A stretch of DNA of 63,347 nucleotides from Oculina patagonica (lineage: Eukaryota): NCBI RefSeq assembly GCF_052425735.1, contig NC_135767.1, positions 22,196,001 to 22,259,347 of the forward strand. Reading direction: 5' to 3'. Positions 61,402 to 63,347 of the stretch are shown one piece after another. The notes under the pieces were generated by a model. The model was not told the DNA's origin. It worked only from the letters and a program-made list of their open reading frames with translations, and did no database searches. The stretch's first letter is position 1. The number at the start of each line of letters is the position of its first letter. The translations under genes were made by a program, and so were the position numbers.

Positions 61402-63213
61402 CCCAGAGTTGTTGTAAAAAAAATTATTTATGATCTCGCTTTGCTCGTCATCAACTCTTATGGTACTTCCATAGCCCAAGTTGCTTTCAAAGATGTTGTT
61501 CACTATGCTAACAAAGCTATAGTTGCAATTCAACTCTTTTTTCTCTTGTATGAGTATTGTTCCGTTTGCATTACTATAGAACGTGTTGCCGTATATCAAG
61601 TTTCTTGGTAAGCTTGCTCCGTCGCTCCGCCCTAACTGCGCTTGAATACCCCCTAAAATGTTTCCAGAGATAAAGTTATTGGCGAGAGTAAAATTGCTGT
61701 CCTGAATATCAAGAAAAATAGCCGCGTTCTTTTGAGGTACAACTGAGTTAGAGGCTGGTGTGCCAGTGATTTTACACCTTTCAATGGTCAGACTAGATTG
61801 TCTGCTGCTTCCATCGTCCACAGAAGTGTACTTTATAGCTTGTTGTACGTTGTCACTTAATACACTGTCGGATATGCGGTGTTCTGCAGGAAAAAATAGA
61901 TAAAAGATACCATTAAAAAGCGATTTGCAATCTTTGCCGGTTGACTAAAGAAGCGCATTTTAATTATCAAAGAATAATAAGATAGCTTATTCAAAATTAA
62001 AAGTCTTTCCGCAGAATCAAACTATAGTTCAATCCCTTTCTTAGTAAGTCTTGTGTTTAAGTTAAGTGCCTTTTTAATACGACCAACTCGTTAATACGAC
62101 TTGATTTTAGTCACTTTTTGATGCTTAGAATATCGTGTTTCCGCCACGTGTAAACAAATATTTTTTTAGCTTCTGCCGTGTTACCACAAAGGTCATGGAT
62201 TCGAATCCCATCAGAACCCCCGGATTCTTTGGGTCTACGCAACTGATGAAATTTAATTTACTAACAAAGTTTTTTTTTTGCATATCATCATTTATTTCAA
62301 ACCAAATTATAGCAAATGCTTGGAGAATAGTTTACCTTCAACTGAGCAGCTTCTTAGTTTCAAGTTGTCAATAGTCACATAGTTCCTCGAGAAATAACCT
62401 GATGTCTCGTTATATTCGCCTTCAAACAACAGTCTGTACTCATCAACATCATTGGGAAGTTCAACAACCACTTTTCTCCAACTCGATATCTCGATATTTT
62501 TTGCGCTCCAGATTAGTCTGTGACGAGTTGAGGGAAATTTCCCTTTAAGATAAAAACAAGTACAAAAGAGAAATACGAAAGTTTTGATGAGAAACTAGAC
62601 ATACAAGCCATACATAACCTTTAAATACTCTTGTCATCGAGTCTCCTTGCAACATTATAAGATTGACATGCAAATGTGTTTCATGCTTTATTCTCTTTCT
62701 AGTTATGTGTTATGCCGAAAAGGGATCTGAAGATGGATTTGAAAAATTTGTTGTTCGTTCGCATCACAATCTACAGACAAGAATTTCTGTTGTTGTAGAA
62801 AAAGTTCGGAAACAAGAAATAGTTGGATATTTTGCTAACGACCAAAGTTGTAAAATGTGACGTCATAGCTTCAGAAAATAACTCAGGCAGTAACTCTTCT
62901 GGGAAAGGAGCAGGACAGATCCTGCTCTGAATGATTTTTGCGCAACATTCACATTTGAGATTGAAGGAAAAAATTAAAAACAGTAGCAAGGATCATATAA
63001 ACAAATGATCGATAATGACCACTGAAAGAAAAAAACATAATATACACAACTAACCTGTTTGAATGTAAAGTGACAGGCCAGCTCTTCCTTGTTTTCCCAC
63101 GCGATAAAAGAACACTACAGAGCATAACTGGGATAATATTGTGATAGAAGGGCTGATGATTGCAGCACGCCCACCAACATTTCCAAAGTCATTACCAACG
63201 TATAGCCGTTTTC
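61402..63213 (-). CDS. Gene C: third bark beetle-like paralog, internal exons 63213-63055, 62542-62336 and 61883-(gap at 61401)
   Basis: Homologous to gene B exons 8-10: [24 protein letters not shown]; LIWSAKNIEISSWRKVVVELP..DNLKLRSC; [28 protein letters not shown]. Confidence 0.88.
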
Positions 63214-63347
63214 CTGAAATGGGAAAATTTAACAACGGGTGCTCAAAAATTTGCTGAATTTTACACGCACTCCATAGAAACGGCATTTAAAACTTTTGGA
63301 AAGTGGTTCTCAGTTATCTTAGGTGGCCAGGAAATAAAATCGTTTGA

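Noticed and set aside
60830-61417. Plus-strand 195-aa ORF and the KYIELPKIS end of ORF 60871..61821
   Set aside because: The frame across the gap is meaningless, and the sequence left of the gap does not match gene B exon 10.

Overview
This is AT-rich, intron-containing animal DNA; the repeat content and gene family suggest a cnidarian such as a stony coral (inference). The window holds three paralogs of a giant 'protein bark beetle'/Anakonda-like gene (beta-helix PbH1 + SRCR + CUB-like + MAM + C-type lectin). Gene A (minus) has its first 5 coding exons here and runs off the left edge. Gene B (plus) is complete, and gene C (minus) enters from the right edge and runs into an assembly gap. A and B are head-to-head arms of a large inverted duplication. 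By manual splicing, gene B is a 15-exon, phase-consistent ORF of about 2981 aa. It ends not in a transmembrane tail but in a Ly6/uPAR three-finger domain, a Pro/Thr stalk and a GPI signal. These last exons are an inverted paralog of a stand-alone Ly6 gene lying tail-to-tail with it, which makes B a candidate exon-shuffled bark-Ly6 chimera. Extra orphan Ly6 signal-peptide exons, two with TATA boxes, lie nearby. Introns and intergenic DNA contain many TIR/TSD-defined non-autonomous DNA transposons, including a 6.4 kb CACAG element with nested insertions. There are also Penelope-type fragments, two minimal hammerhead ribozyme motifs and tRNA-derived elements. All gene models are manual predictions without transcript evidence.
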